Assembly (NCBI RefSeq): GCF_036321535.1
Contig: NC_087436.1
Span: forward strand, 15,128,001-15,192,000
Source: Camelus dromedarius
Taxonomy: Eukaryota
Length of the DNA: 64,000 nt
Direction of reading: 5' to 3'
The notes under the pieces are model-generated. The model was given only the letters and a program-made list of their open reading frames with translations, had not been told where the DNA came from and searched no databases. This document shows positions 1 through 12,249 of the stretch, piece by piece. Position numbers and translations under genes: made by a program. Numbering within the stretch: position 1 is the first letter of the stretch; each line of letters begins with the position of its first letter.

Positions 1-2199
1 GCTTCCCTCCTCTCCTTCACTCTCCACTCCAAAGTCCCCCCTCAGGCCACCCCATGGCAAACAGCCTCCTCCTGCACCTGCCAGGCTCGCTGCCCCCTTA
101 CCCTGCTTCACCGCATCCATCACCACTGGAGATCCCATCAGAGAGTTGAAGAAAGTACTTTGGAAGTGGAAGACCTGGCAAATGCAAGGCCCTGAGGCCA
201 GTGGGAGCTGCAGGAATTGGGGCAAGTGTCCAGAAGGGCCACTGGAGAGGACACTGTGGACCACGAGCTGTGGCATGGCAGCTACCCGAGCTGAGCGGCA
301 CCCAGCAGTGAACACCTGTTTCTCGCTGCACATCCTGGGGTCGGCTAGGGTGGCAGCTCCAGGTGTGTCCTTCTGGGGCCCAGGCTGCTTGCAGCACCAG
401 GTCCTGGGGTCCATCCTTGTGCCAGTGATGGTGGAGGTCCACTCCCATCCCCCAGCCAGAGCACATCACGTGACCACGTCAAAGTCACAGGGCAGGAGGA
501 CTCCACTGCCAAGGCCAGGCTGTGGCAGGACATGGCTATCCTGTTTCCATGTCTCAGGGACAGGAAAACGGGGCCATTGATTCATTCTATCACACGGCAA
601 GTGGGATGGGGCAGCCACCGTGTGAGGGAGAAGGCATTGGGCAGAGGAGTGACACAGGACGGGTGTACACTTTTTGAAGTTCTCTCTGGCTCTTGCATGA
701 CTCATACATAGACCAGGGGGCCAGGGTGGAGACTGAGAGACCCTGGCAGGATACATTCTCCGGTGAGGCCCTGCCGTGTGCTCCACGGCTGGAATAGAGG
801 AGAAGCAGACAACTCAGGTCCTGCCTCACGGACCCCTGCGTGTACTGCCAGCACCAGCGGGGACGGGACGAACTGGATGAAAGGCAGAGAGAGAAAGCAG
901 GAGCCTCCCACCCCAGTGCGGGGTGGCCGGTGACGGCTGCTGGGAACGCCACAGGAGTGGAAACATCCACATGGACCAGATGCAGATAGAAAACTCCCTG
1001 ACGGTACTAAATGCGCGTGCAGTGATCAGAAGGAGAGCTAGAGGGGGTGGGGGAGGGGACAGTCTGCCTCATTTTAGCTGTAAAAATAAGGCAGCAGGAT
1101 GATGAGTCCAAGGAAGCTGGCTGGCTTCACACCCTCCAGGAAGAAAGGCAAGGGCTTCCCATCTCATCCCACCACACCTAAACCCTGCACATGTCCTGTC
1201 TCAGATCTCCCAATAGTGAGAGTAAAGGAGATGCTCTGAGAAAGCAGCCTTGGGAAAGCAGGTGGTTTTATAGAAGGAGCACACTGGAACCAGGAATTTC
1301 CAGCTGTGGAGAAGTGAACAAGCCATCAGAAGATGGCAAGCAGATGCTGTAGAAAATGTCAGACAGAGGGATTCCAGAACTGGGTAGGGCTGGGTGGGGG
1401 GGTTGCTCCCTTGAGATCCTACAAGGCAACTGGGGAGGGAGTCCTCTGGCTCCCGGGCAGTAGAATGAAACGAACCAGCGGCCATCTGGGCACACAAAAG
1501 CCCAGATCAGACACCTTCTCTTCATAGAACCGGGGAAGTTTACAAAAGGAAAGCATTTTAAGGCCAAAAAGGAAACCTATGGTATTCAAAATTTCATATG
1601 AACATAAATAGCAAAAAATAAGTACATGTAACTAGAAAGGAAGTGTAAGCCATTAAATGGGTCAGAGCCAGTCACATAACTTCTTTCCAATGTAGTTTTT
1701 CGTCTTTATGCTGGGGAATTTGGACCAAATTACATTTTTACGTTCCTTTGATTTCTGAAATTCTAGGATTTGTAAAAGAATACCTTGCAAGAAACCCTGA
1801 AGAATGTCAAAAATAAAACCCAAGAAGGTGAAGGTGTCAATGGAATGCAGCAAGGAATGAAAAAGGAAATAGAAAAGAAATTGTCCCACTGCCTTGCCGT
1901 GTCCTCTGCCAGGGAAGATATGTGCCCTTGAAACGGACAGGTCAGAGCATTCAGTAACATTGTAGTAAGTGCACAGGATGTTCTAGTCCTAACTGGCCAA
2001 ACACATATCAATAAATCACCCAGACAGGATGTGACTCACCTAAAGATTTCGAATGAATTCATGGGCAGGCTTGTGGCGCTGTCGACCGTGACGTGAGACC
2101 CATTGTTGCAACAGCTGCTGTGTTAGATTGAGAACTGTCAGGTTGCCCGTGTCAGACTTATTCTGAGTCTACAGAGGGCACTCTGGGAAAGCACCCACT

Positions 2200-2970
2200 G
2201 GCTGTTTCTCCCTTCCTGACATACCAAGCTAGTGGAATCCCTAAATAAGGTAGGAATTGCAAAAAGCTCAAATCAGCACCATCCACAGAGGCAGAGGCAT
2301 GATGGGTTCTGTATGAGGAAGCCGTCTGATTACCGGCATTCTCTGAGGTCACGCGGGAAAAGAGGACAGAGTCATTCTGCAGACTTTGGAATTGCCTTTG
2401 ACAAGCACCTGCACCAAAAACTTACCGTGGGCAAGTGAAGAACAGTTGAGTCACCATAGGATTAAGGGACAATTTGAAACGGATGGAGAATTAAGTTCTA
2501 ACATAGGGAAACCAGGTAATAAAAGAAAAAAGTGTCATTTCTTTGCAAAAAGTAAGAGCTCTCAGAGATCAAGAGGGGCTGATCTTGGTAAGTAAGTTTA
2601 TAAAGAGATTTGAAGAACAGGGTCCACAGTGAAACTTCCGTGGCTGTAGATGACTGCAAGACATTCTAAGACGTGAAATGGTGAGTCAATGGGATAACGA
2701 CTTTTTGAGGCTAAGCAGAAAGTGATACAGGAATTTCAGTGCTGGTCAGTTGAGTTTAAAGCACCTTAAACACCAAAACTTGCAGAACAATAGCCTAGGA
2801 ACTTACCATAAAGCCAAGAGGAGACCTTGGGGTTACTTGCTTTCCCGAGAACATTAAACCTAATGCAGAAAAATAGCATCAAAGGCAATCCCACGGCAGG
2901 CACTCCATAAATATTTGTTAAATGAATGAAACGCTGTATCATCAGAAAGATGCAAAATAGAAGATACGTT
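2200..2970 (+). mobile_element. CR1-clade LINE (CR1_Mam/L3-like) fossil, reverse-transcriptase region
   Basis: Degenerate RT motifs occur in the expected order: HDGFCMRKPS and DFGIAFDKHLHQKL (ORF 2232-2438; cf. QHGFxKGKSC, DFxKAFDKVPHxxL), LSHHRIKG, AVDDCK (2643-2660; cf. FADDTK) and GDLGV (2820-2834; cf. RDLGV). An L2-tail-like piece interrupts at ~2880-2930. Boundaries approximate. Confidence 0.75.
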
Positions 2971-3139
2971 CAAACGTGAACTAAACTATTTGTAACCGGA
3001 TGTGAAAATAAGACTCTTCTTACTTCCATGTTAGCTGAAGCAGCAAAACAATATCCTCTGTTCCAAAGTAAGACCAGTACATTTTTTAAGACTTGCAAAA
3101 CAGAGATGGCTGGCATTCTCAAAAAGATGCACACTGAAT

Positions 3140-3329
3140 GATCCCATGAGAGAACACAATTACAGAGATGAAAAATAGATGAGTGGTTTCTGGGTTGCAG
3201 ATAACAGAAGAAAGGGGTGTGTTATAAAGGGGTATCTTGACAGAGCCTTATGGGAAGGGGGCGGTTGTATATGCAATTGTGGTGGTGGTTATATGGGAGT
3301 ACACATGTGATAAAATTGCACAGAGTTTG

Positions 3330-3372
<43 letters not shown>

Positions 3373-3550
3373 TGAGTGCATGCATAGCTGGTGAAATCTG
3401 AATAAGCACTGCAGATTGTACCCATGTCAGTTTCCTGGCTGTGCTGTTACTTTACATGCAAGATGTTAACATTGAAGGTGAAGTTTGCATGGGATTTCCC
3501 TGTACATTTCTTTGCAACTTCCTGCAAACCTATTATTATTTCAAAATAAA
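3140..3550 (+). mobile_element. Old L1 (L1MC/L1MD-like) 3' UTR
   Basis: Resembles L1M 3' ends (gtggtggtggtta...acatgtgataaaattgcacaga...ttgcaacttcctg...tcaaaataaa) with an internal (CA)n. Confidence 0.7.
3332..3370. repeat. (CA)n microsatellite
   Basis: Directly visible CA run. Confidence 0.98.
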
Positions 3551-3680
3551 TTTTGTTGTTTTGGGGGGAGGTAATTAGGTTTATTTATTTATTATTATTT
3601 TATTTAATGGAGGCACTGGGGATTGAACCCAGGACTTCATGCATGCTAAGCATGAGCTCTACCACATTTTGACTCCTCCC
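3551..3680 (-). mobile_element. tRNA-derived SINE (camelid vic-1-like)
   Basis: Reverse complement of the tRNA-like head (gtggtagagc...gcttagcatgcatgaagtcctgggttcaatcccc, B-box GGTTCAATCC) and of the aataaacctaattacctcccc tail shared with other copies in this window. Confidence 0.9.
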
Positions 3681-4640
3681 AGTCAAAATTTAAAGTTTGA
3701 AAAAAAAAAAAAAAAAGAGGTGGAGGAGGGGTTGAAAACCAGCTTCTGCCCTGAGGTGCCCATGCACCTGTAGCCTATATAAGAGATTGGAGCAGCCAGG
3801 AAAGGAGAGGGTGGAGGTGGAGAGATCCTTTTTAGAGAAGGTTCCAGGTCCTCTCCTTAGAGGTAGGACTGGGATGTCAGCCCCTCGTGTTGACATTACC
3901 GATGAGCCTTCAAAAGGAACACCCTGAGGGCATGATCCATGTCCCCTGCGGTTATGGGACACATGAAACTGTGTCTGACTCCCACGTGAGAAGCATCAAC
4001 AGTAAGAGTTTCAAGACACACAAGTCAAGGAGAAGAGGCTGTGTTGGGAGGGCTGTCCTCAGTTTGCCAGCACAAAAGACACGTAACGGCTTTCCACGCT
4101 GCAGAGGCAGAGCAACAAGGAGCTGGAGACGAGTGTATTGCCTGTAACAGTGATCTCCGGGGAGAAGGACGTCTCCAGTGACGGAGATGTGAAGAAACAA
4201 CCCACAAAACAGAGACGAGAACAAGACTCGGCTTTCAACACTTCCCAGACCCAGAGAGGGCAACACCCGGATCACTATAGCCCCAGGTAAGGAAAAACTT
4301 TTCTGACCAGCGTTCTCTCCTGCCTCCCTGTGGTCCACCGTGAGGGGTCAGAAATCACCGCTAACAGGATGGAGGAGGGAGATGGGAAAAGCACAAGGGG
4401 AAGAAAGAACACATCTCCTTCCCCTTCTGCCAGCTTCCACCTGCAACAGGTCACCATCAGGGGAGGAAAAGAAAACTTCATACCGAACCAAGTTCAAAGT
4501 ATGATCTGTTACAAGGGACTGGACTTTTACATTATTGATTGGAGGAGCTTGTATTACCTGGGTGACCAGAAAACCTGCCTGATTTTTCATTCAGATGTGA
4601 GAGAAGAACAAAGCCTATGCAGCAGATTTAAAGGGACAGC

Positions 4641-4733
4641 TGGGGAAGGGGGAAGGGTATAGCTGAGCGGTAGAGCACATGCTTAGCATGCACAAGGTCC
4701 TGGGTTCAAACCCCAGGACCTCCATTAGTTTTT
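4641..4733 (+). mobile_element. tRNA-derived SINE (vic-1-like), short copy
   Basis: gggtatagctgagcggtagagcacatgcttagcatgcacaaggtcctgggttcaaacccc. TSD tttaaagggacagc (4627-4640) / tttaaaggtacagc (4734-4747). Confidence 0.9.
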
Positions 4734-4759
4734 TTTAAAGGTACAGCAGGAGGCAAAGC

Positions 4760-5200
4760 ATTGGTTCATGATTTTCTGCCATGGTCTTGCTTGGTCAATA
4801 TAATATTACATAACATGAAAACTGAAGGCTATTTTATCAAGAAAGATATCACAAATCTAGAAAGAGGCAGTGAAAAAGACTGAGCACATAGCATAGAGGG
4901 GAGGGGGTTCTGGCACACAAGAAGAGATTTTAAAAGATGATGAGTGCATATGACAGCAAAGCTTGAAATGGAAATTTGATTGAAATCACTAAAATCATAA
5001 ATGACATATGGATAAAGTCAATAGAAAACTTTGCCAGCCCCCAGAACACAAGCACAACAGGCACTAACTCAAGGTAAGAGAAGTGAAAAGTAAGGACAAA
5101 TACTCTTAGGGAACATACTACCTCTCAAGAAAAGGGATACATTAAAATATCCATAAGAGGGTATTTTTAGACTTAAATTCACTTGAATTTGAAAAATAAG
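4760..5200 (+). mobile_element. CR1-clade LINE fossil, ORF2 C-terminal/3' part
   Basis: KKDITNLER (4839-4865; cf. KKDIxxLEKVQRRA) and GNLIEITKIIND (~4970-5005; cf. GDMIEVYKIMKG), collinear with the RT fragment at 2.2-3.0 kb. Confidence 0.65.
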
Positions 5201-5639
5201 TGTATATCATACAGCACTTTTAGGGAGAGGGATGAATCCACAATTATACCAACACGATGAAAAGCCTTGAAATGCAGCTGGAAGTACCCATACTATGCTG
5301 ATATTTAATGTACGTCAATAATTCACTTTAACCTCCTAAATATATCCCATGCAGCACTTTTAGGAAGCAGGAGATAGCTGTTACAATTTCCCCAATGAGA
5401 TTAATAGTAGTAATTTGCAATGTCAACACCTACCCTATTGATAAGAAAGTGAACCGTGTGAATAAATAAAACATCACTCATGGAATATCACTAACACTGT
5501 TCCCTCCAGTTAATGTAACGAGATCGTTTTGTCACTTCATCTGAACAGGCTATTTCAGATTCATAAAGGTTTTGGATCAGTGGTTCTCACCGGAGTGCTC
5601 ATCGCGTGACCCTGCTCCGAGGTTGGTGGGTGCTGTAGC

Positions 5640-5900
5640 CTCTGCCCAGATCACTCTTCCTACGTTCCTCACATCAATCAGGTCTCTGCTCAAATGTCAC
5701 CCACTCAGAAAGACCGTCCCCTCTTTTGGCCCTATTTAAAAATCTCCACCTTTACCCATCACTGCTTAAAATTATAATATTTATTTCTTGCTTATTTATC
5801 AGCTATCTCCCTACTGGAATAGAACCCTAAGAGCTGCCAGGGACTTTGTCTTCTCACTGTTACATCCTCAAGACCAAGAAAAGTGCCTGGCACATAATGG
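5640..5900 (+). mobile_element. L2 3' end
   Basis: tctctgctcaaatgtcac...gggactttgtc...agtgcctggcacata. A tail-like sequence resumes after the LTR at ~6365. Confidence 0.75.
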
Positions 5901-6364
5901 GCTGTGGCTAACACTGCCTGTTTCTCACCTAGCATCCATGTCCCCCTTCTTCCTTAGGAACAGTCCCTGTGTTGTCAGGCCCAGCACATATACCAGCTAT
6001 AAAACTACATTTGCAGGCTCTGTCATCAACAGAAGTGTTTAAAGAGGTCTAAGCAGAAGTCATGGGGTAGAGCTTCTTGCAAAACACTTTGAAGGAAGTT
6101 TACTCTTTAAAGAAGGCATACTCTTCTGCCCTTGGTCCATCCTCCTTCCTACTGCTTGGAACATGAATATAATGGCTGGAGCGGCAACAGCTATGTTGTG
6201 TCCATGAGGTAAGCTTACTTGTGGGAACCATTCTAGAAGGGGCCTGTGTCTTTGATACTAGGTCTTGACTGCCTACCTCTGGAGAGAAAAATAAACTTCT
6301 ATGTTATTTAAACTGCATGATTAGTGTTATTTTTTAATTGTAGCCAAACCTAATTCTGATATAT
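5901..6364 (+). mobile_element. MaLR solo LTR (MLT1-type) nested in L2
   Basis: MLT1-like internal motifs (aatggctggagcggcaacagctatgttgtg) and 3' end (aataaacttctatgttatttaa...ttgtagccaaacctaattctgata). Confidence 0.7.
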
Positions 6365-6587
6365 AGGTACTTAGTACATTTTTTGTTGTTGTTGTTAAAT
6401 ATATATGTGTTTTTCTTTTAAACTTTTAACTTTCAAAAATGTTATAAAGACATACCTTGTTACCTTCCCCACTCCAGATCTCTAATTAAGCTGTTCTCGA
6501 GTGGAGACTGGTTGATTGTGATGATCAGGCTACCACTGGGTAGATAACCCTTCCGTGAAGCTTCATCTACACAGAGCAGAACAAGTA

Positions 6588-6690
6588 AGAGTTCTGGAAT
6601 CCTAGCTCAGTCACTTACCTGCTAGTTGTCCCACCTGAGCCAACTTGCTTAACCTCACTGAGCCTCAGTGTAACCATCAGTAAATCAAGC
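6588..6690 (+). mobile_element. MIR fragment
   Basis: MIR core aatcctagctcagtcacttac...cttaacctcactgagcctcagt. Confidence 0.75.
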
Positions 6691-8179
6691 CAACACTGTA
6701 AACAGATGCTTCGTGAATATTGATTGCTGCTATTACATGCGTTCTAAGGCAAACTAGGACATTTTACGAAAATGCCAATGGCCATCTCCGGGACCATGCC
6801 GGACAATCTAATCTACCACGGTAATGCTCCTGCTGCAGAGCTTGGAGAAAAAGAAGAATCTTATATAGAGAATTCTGGGATCCACTGGGTCCAGCTAAGT
6901 TGAACTGAGGAATGTGGCTGGGCCAAAGAACGACTAAACCAGATTATTTCCACATCTCTGTTTCCTCCTCTTCTTTTTATTTCTGCTACATTCTTCTTTT
7001 CCTCTCTGTAACTTGCTTCCTTTGCTTTTCTGGTTCACATAGCAGGAAAACACAGTTATAGAGAATCCTTTAAGTTCATGTGTTACGGACCCCAAACGCT
7101 GTCATCCAAGTCCAGGTTTCCAGGGAGGAGACTCGGACTGGCTCAGCTCGGCAGTATGACCACCCTGGCCCTCGTAGGCGTGGGCTGAATGAGTCCTACT
7201 GTAGGTATGTGGCCAGCCCTAATGTAACAGTATAAATAGAGATCAGAACAACAGCCCACACCGGAGGGAAAAGTGGACAGAAAAACAGTAAGTATCCATT
7301 ATGGGAACTGAAATCAGGTTTACTCCGGGTGAGCTGAGAGTCTGAGCCAGAGCCAAAGAGAAAGTGTGGGTGGTGAGCTAAATTACGTGAGACGGTAAGC
7401 TAACTCTTCGAGAAGCCAGAGCCCCTAAACTGGTGAAATGTGGGGCTGATGAATTGTGGGTGTCGTGGAGAGCTGGACCTGAATTAACACACCCTGGCCG
7501 CTCCATAGACAATTTAAAGCAAGGTGATTTGCGGGAGAGTAGAGGGCTTGCGGTGGTCACATGTTTAGTTTGATAAATATTCAGGTATCAGTTCCCTCAA
7601 AGACCAAATGCTCATGATGGACTGATTGTGAGAAAAAAGAATGTCTCTGATCAGCCACCTTGAACCTATTTCAAATTTGGAAAGAAAAAGACTATTTATA
7701 GATTTCTCTTCCTGCGAGGGCTGCTTTGAAGATGACGTGCGGGCTGTCTCCAGGCCCCCCCTTGATGGCAGCTCCCACCAGCACACCTCCCGCCCAGGGA
7801 GGGCCTCCCCGGAACCCCCCACGCCCGGGTTAGTGAGCGCAGGCCTGTGACAAGTCCCCCAGGGCTCACTCGGCTTGCTTCCCTAACTCGGTCCACTCCT
7901 CCATTAGTCTTTTCCTTGTGAAGGAAAATGATGACTGCATGTTGTCCCTAGAATATAAACAAATGGCTTCCTGGTTTTTCAGTCCACTAATGGGTGTACT
8001 GGACATGCCCATTAGTGATATCTGGCCTGTGTCGCAACTCAGCATCTGGAGGGAGGGTTTCTTGGTGACTGAGGCTCTGAGCATGGTCACCTGTGAGTTC
8101 TCGGGGCCAGAGAGGAGTGGTTGCAGAGAGACACTGTAAAGGAGGTTAAATCTCTCTCTAGATGGACCTCTTCAGAGCC

Positions 8180-8267
8180 TTTTTCTTTTCTTTTCGTTTC
8201 GTTTCTTTTCTTCTTTCCTTTTTATTCTTTCTTTTTTCTTTTCTTTCTTTCTTTTTTTTTTTTTTCT
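8180..8267. repeat. (TTTC)n/poly-T pyrimidine tract
   Basis: Directly visible low-complexity tract. Confidence 0.9.
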
Positions 8268-9404
8268 AATGCTGATAAGCTGATGGGATTCTAAGCAGCC
8301 TAACTAAAATGAGGGGTAAGTCTCCCTGGGCCATTCACTGCAGGGAGAAATTGAATCAGAAACACTTTTGAAGTAAATGCCATTGGCCCTGGGAGACAGG
8401 TGGCGGGGAATGCGGGCCTGGATGAAGGTGGAAGGAAGAAGGTGTCCTGCCCGGCGTTGTCAGCTCAGCAGAGTGGAGCCCGTTGGGGCTTTGAGGTTCC
8501 GCAGAGCTCTAACCCTGAGGGCCTGTAAGGCCTGAGAAATTTTTCGTAATTTCTCTGGAGTTCCTTTTCTTTCTGTACCGCACCCCCCTCTTTTTTTTTT
8601 TTAATCTATTGCCATTTACCGGAAAATACTGTCTGCATTGTGGTCTAAATATTGTGAAGAAAGTGCTGTCTGAAGGCCACGGAGAACTAGCACTCTTGGG
8701 GGTACTGCTCAATTTCGGGGCATCTCCTGGGTGTTGATCTCATTTGCTGCATCTCTTGCTCCGTCCTAACGTGGAGCACAAGCCCTTTTCTCCTCCAAAT
8801 CCCTGTTTCACTGAGCTGCTCCGGTTAGTTCAACCACACTCAACCCAAGACGGTTTGTGATCTGACCTACTGGGATCTAAGAGCCCTGTTCTTTGAAAGG
8901 GCCAAATCCACATCTAATGGAATTAAAGAAATCAAAATAGTTCTTTATCTGATATGACTGTTGCTATTTGCTGAAGTAACTCTGCAAGCAATTAAGCTTT
9001 AAGTTCCTCCCTCATGGCTGGTATAAGGTCTTGAGGGAGACCCAGGGCTTCTAGGATTGGGACAGCATGAAGTGCACCTCAAGGTGGTACCCTTGGTACC
9101 CAGGTAACAATACCTGGCTAAGTGTTATTCTACTGGTTTCTGAAGTCTCTTGTGTGATGATTTCAGACTGATTGCTCTTTAATTAACCCTTCTTGGGTTC
9201 CTTTCTTGCCTCTAAAAAAAAGAGAAATTCATTTAGGTAGTAGCGGGGCCATGCCTACATCCAGTGGTGAACTTGGTAACTAGGCTGATTCTGTTCAGAG
9301 TTTTCAGTTTCACATGATCTTGTGAGAAGACAGATTCCTTTATCTCAACCATTTGCTCTCACACAGGTATGTATCAGATGACAGAAGGGACAGGTCGAGA
9401 AGGA

Positions 9405-9620
9405 TGCATAACTCATTCAATATTCATCCATTCACCAAATACTCACCAAGCACCCACCCCAAGACAGGCTCTGCCAGGCACAGGAGCTAGAGCAGAGGAG
9501 GGAACAAGACACAGTTTCTGCCCTCAAGGAGCTCACAGCCTTGTGGGGGACAGGCCAACTATTTCCATAAAGCGTAAGTAGGAGCAATCAAGTTGCAATG
9601 GGAGTGAAGGGGAGAAACAG
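9405..9620 (-). mobile_element. L2 3' end
   Basis: cattcaccaaatactcaccaagcacc...tgccaggcac...ctgccctcaaggagctcacag, the antisense L2 tail pattern. Confidence 0.75.
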
Positions 9621-10805
9621 CAAACATGGCCTTTGCAGCTCAGAGGACCAGCCAACTACTGAACACAAGACCCCAGGCTCTACGGCAGGTCCTTTGCAGG
9701 TCAACAGCATTATCTTTAGTCAAAGGAGAGTGTCATGATCATAGTTGTGTGAGTGGCAGAGAAATAAGCAGTTGCCCATGGCTCCCTCCCATAAGCCCTA
9801 CCTCCTTGCTCGACATTGTAGGAAAGCCCAGCCTACTTGGTGGAGATCATTTCTCACTGACATGAGAAATCATGTTCCTATGAATCACCCCACAACCCAC
9901 AGCCACTAATTTTTCATCACATACAAACTTTTATTTCCAGCTGGGTGTTGACAAGACAAAACTGTTCCCTAATGCTTAAGTAATAGAGTGGAAGATAGTT
10001 GACAAAATATGAAAAGATTCATTTTGATTATACATAGAATCTCTCAAGAACGAAATGTGTTTGAACAGACATGAGTCATTCCTTACAGGGTTGTGAAATG
10101 TTTGATTCATTTATGTAGTTGGTTGTTTAATTGATGTACTTTAAAACCATAACTTCACTGGCTTTCTACATTCATATTATAAAAATCCAAGAAATGTATC
10201 AGAAATACAATGCATTCTTCAAGTTCTATTACCCAACAATAACCAGTGTTAATATGTACCAAACATCAGCTCAAGACATCTCTGTAGACCAGCTAGACTC
10301 AGATAGAGGAATGGCTGATGGACAAGCACCATCTCATAATAATGGAGTCATGTTACAGTTCCTTTAAAAATAAAACAATTAATTCTACATGAATTTAATA
10401 GAAGGCAAAAGAAACTGAAGTGAAAATAAAAGAAAGGCTGAAATTCATAGATCTTTCCTCATTCATAAGAGATTGCTCTAAGGATAAGAATAAAGACCAT
10501 GAATGTCATTAACTAACTTTTTCCATTTTAGACAGTCCGGATGGAAAGATTTTGCTAGAAACGGTTAAGTGGCCAGCATACTAAGACTTCCTCCTGTCTT
10601 TCCTCATCCCACCTCCAGATTTTTGAGAAGCTTTTATTTTGTTCGCTTAGTCAAGACTTGTATATTTACACCCTGTTCTGTAGCCTTTCTTCCCTCAGGT
10701 GTTGCTGTTTTTGTTTAATCTTGGCTCTGTATTTAAATTCAAATTCAATCCTCACCAGTGGTTATTTTGCTATTCTTCATCTCAATGATACATAACATTG
10801 ATTAT

Positions 10806-11035
10806 AGCAAACATGGTATATGTAGCTTTTACTATGCATCAGGCAGTATTCCAAGCACGGTATATATGTTGATTCATTAAATCCGGAGAAACAATCCAAT
10901 CAAATGGTGGCTATTATTATCCACACTTTACACATGAGGAAACTGAGGCACAAAAAGTAGCTTGCCCAAACAGTACAAGCAGTAAGTGGCCAAGCCAGGA
11001 TTCAAACCCAGGTGGTCTGGCTTCAGAGTCTATGT
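10806..11035 (-). mobile_element. MIR
   Basis: tattattatccacactttacacatgaggaaactgaggcaca...ccaggattcaaacccagg...tctggcttcagagtc. Confidence 0.85.
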
Positions 11036-11067
11036 CTTGTAGGGCGTTCTTCAAGAAGGTTTATTGA

Positions 11068-12234
11068 CAAGACACTATAAACTTCTTAGAAGAAAACATA
11101 GACAAAAGGTTACCTGACATAAATCTTAGCAATGTTCTCCTAGGGCAGTCTACCCAGGCAATAGAAATAAAAGCAAAAATAAACAAATGGGACCTAATTA
11201 AACTTACAAGCTTTTGCAAAGTAAAGGAAACCAAAAGCAAAACAAAACACAACCTGCAGAATGGTAGAACATACGTGCAAAAGATGAGACTGAAAAGGGC
11301 TTTATTTCCAGAATATATAAACAGCTCACACAACTTAACAACAACAAAAGAAAACCGAACAACCCAATCCAAAAATGGCAGACCTAAACAAGCAATTCTC
11401 CAATGAAGACATATGAATGGCCAATAGGCACATGAAAAAGTACTCAATATTACTAATTATCAGAGAAATGCAAATCAAAACTATAATGAGGTATCACCTC
11501 ACACCAGTCAGAATGGCCATCATTCAAAAGTCCACAAATGATAAATGCTGGAGAGGCTGTGGAGAAAAGGGAACCCTCCTACATTGCTGGGAATATAGTT
11601 TGGTGCAGCCATTATAGAAAATAGTATGGAGAGTCTTCAAAAGACTAAAAATAGACTTACCATATGATCCAGCAATCCCACTCCTGGGCATATGTCCAGA
11701 AGGAACTCTAATTCAAAAAAAAGACACATGCACCCCAGTGTTCATAGCAACACTATTTACTAAGGCATGGAAATAGCCTAAATGTCCATTGACAGATGAA
11801 TGATAAAGAAGCTGTGGTATATTAATACAATGGAATACTATTCAGCTATAAAAAAGAATAAAGTAATTCCATTTGCAGCAATGTGGATGAACTGTCATTC
11901 TAAGTGAAGTACACCAGAAAGAGAAAGAAAAATACCGTATGATATCATTTATATGTGGAATCTAAAAAAAAAGGCACAAGTGAACTTATGCATAAAACAG
12001 AAATAGACTCACAGATACAGAAAACAAACTTACAGTTACCGGGGGGAAGGGAGTGGGAAGGGATAAATTGAAAGTTTTGAGATTTGCAGATACTATATAT
12101 ATATATAGATACTATATACAAAATAGATAAACAACAAGTTTATGCTGTATAGTGCAGGGAACTATATTCAATATCTTCTAGTAATCTATGATGAAAAAGA
12201 ATATGAAAATGAAAGATAATAAAAATTTTTTTAA
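11068..12234 (+). mobile_element. 5'-truncated young L1 (ORF2 C-terminus plus 3' UTR)
   Basis: ORF 11417-11617 gives the L1 ORF2 Cys-rich domain ([20 protein letters not shown]...[16 protein letters not shown]). Perfect 15-bp TSD aagaaggtttattga at 11053-11067 and 12235-12249. Confidence 0.97.
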
Positions 12235-12249
12235 AAGAAGGTTTATTGA

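Noticed and set aside
7565..8139. Cluster of 66-85 aa ORFs on both strands with modest CpG enrichment
   Set aside because: I recognised no protein family, consistent exon structure or processed-pseudogene hallmarks, and the region is too weak to call a CpG island by eye.
11417..11617. ORF with a Cys-rich motif ([15 protein letters not shown])
   Set aside because: It is the C-terminus of L1 ORF2 in a truncated, frameshifted copy, not a host gene. The antisense ORFs at 11061-11447, 17270-17458 and 17605-17805 are likewise L1-derived.
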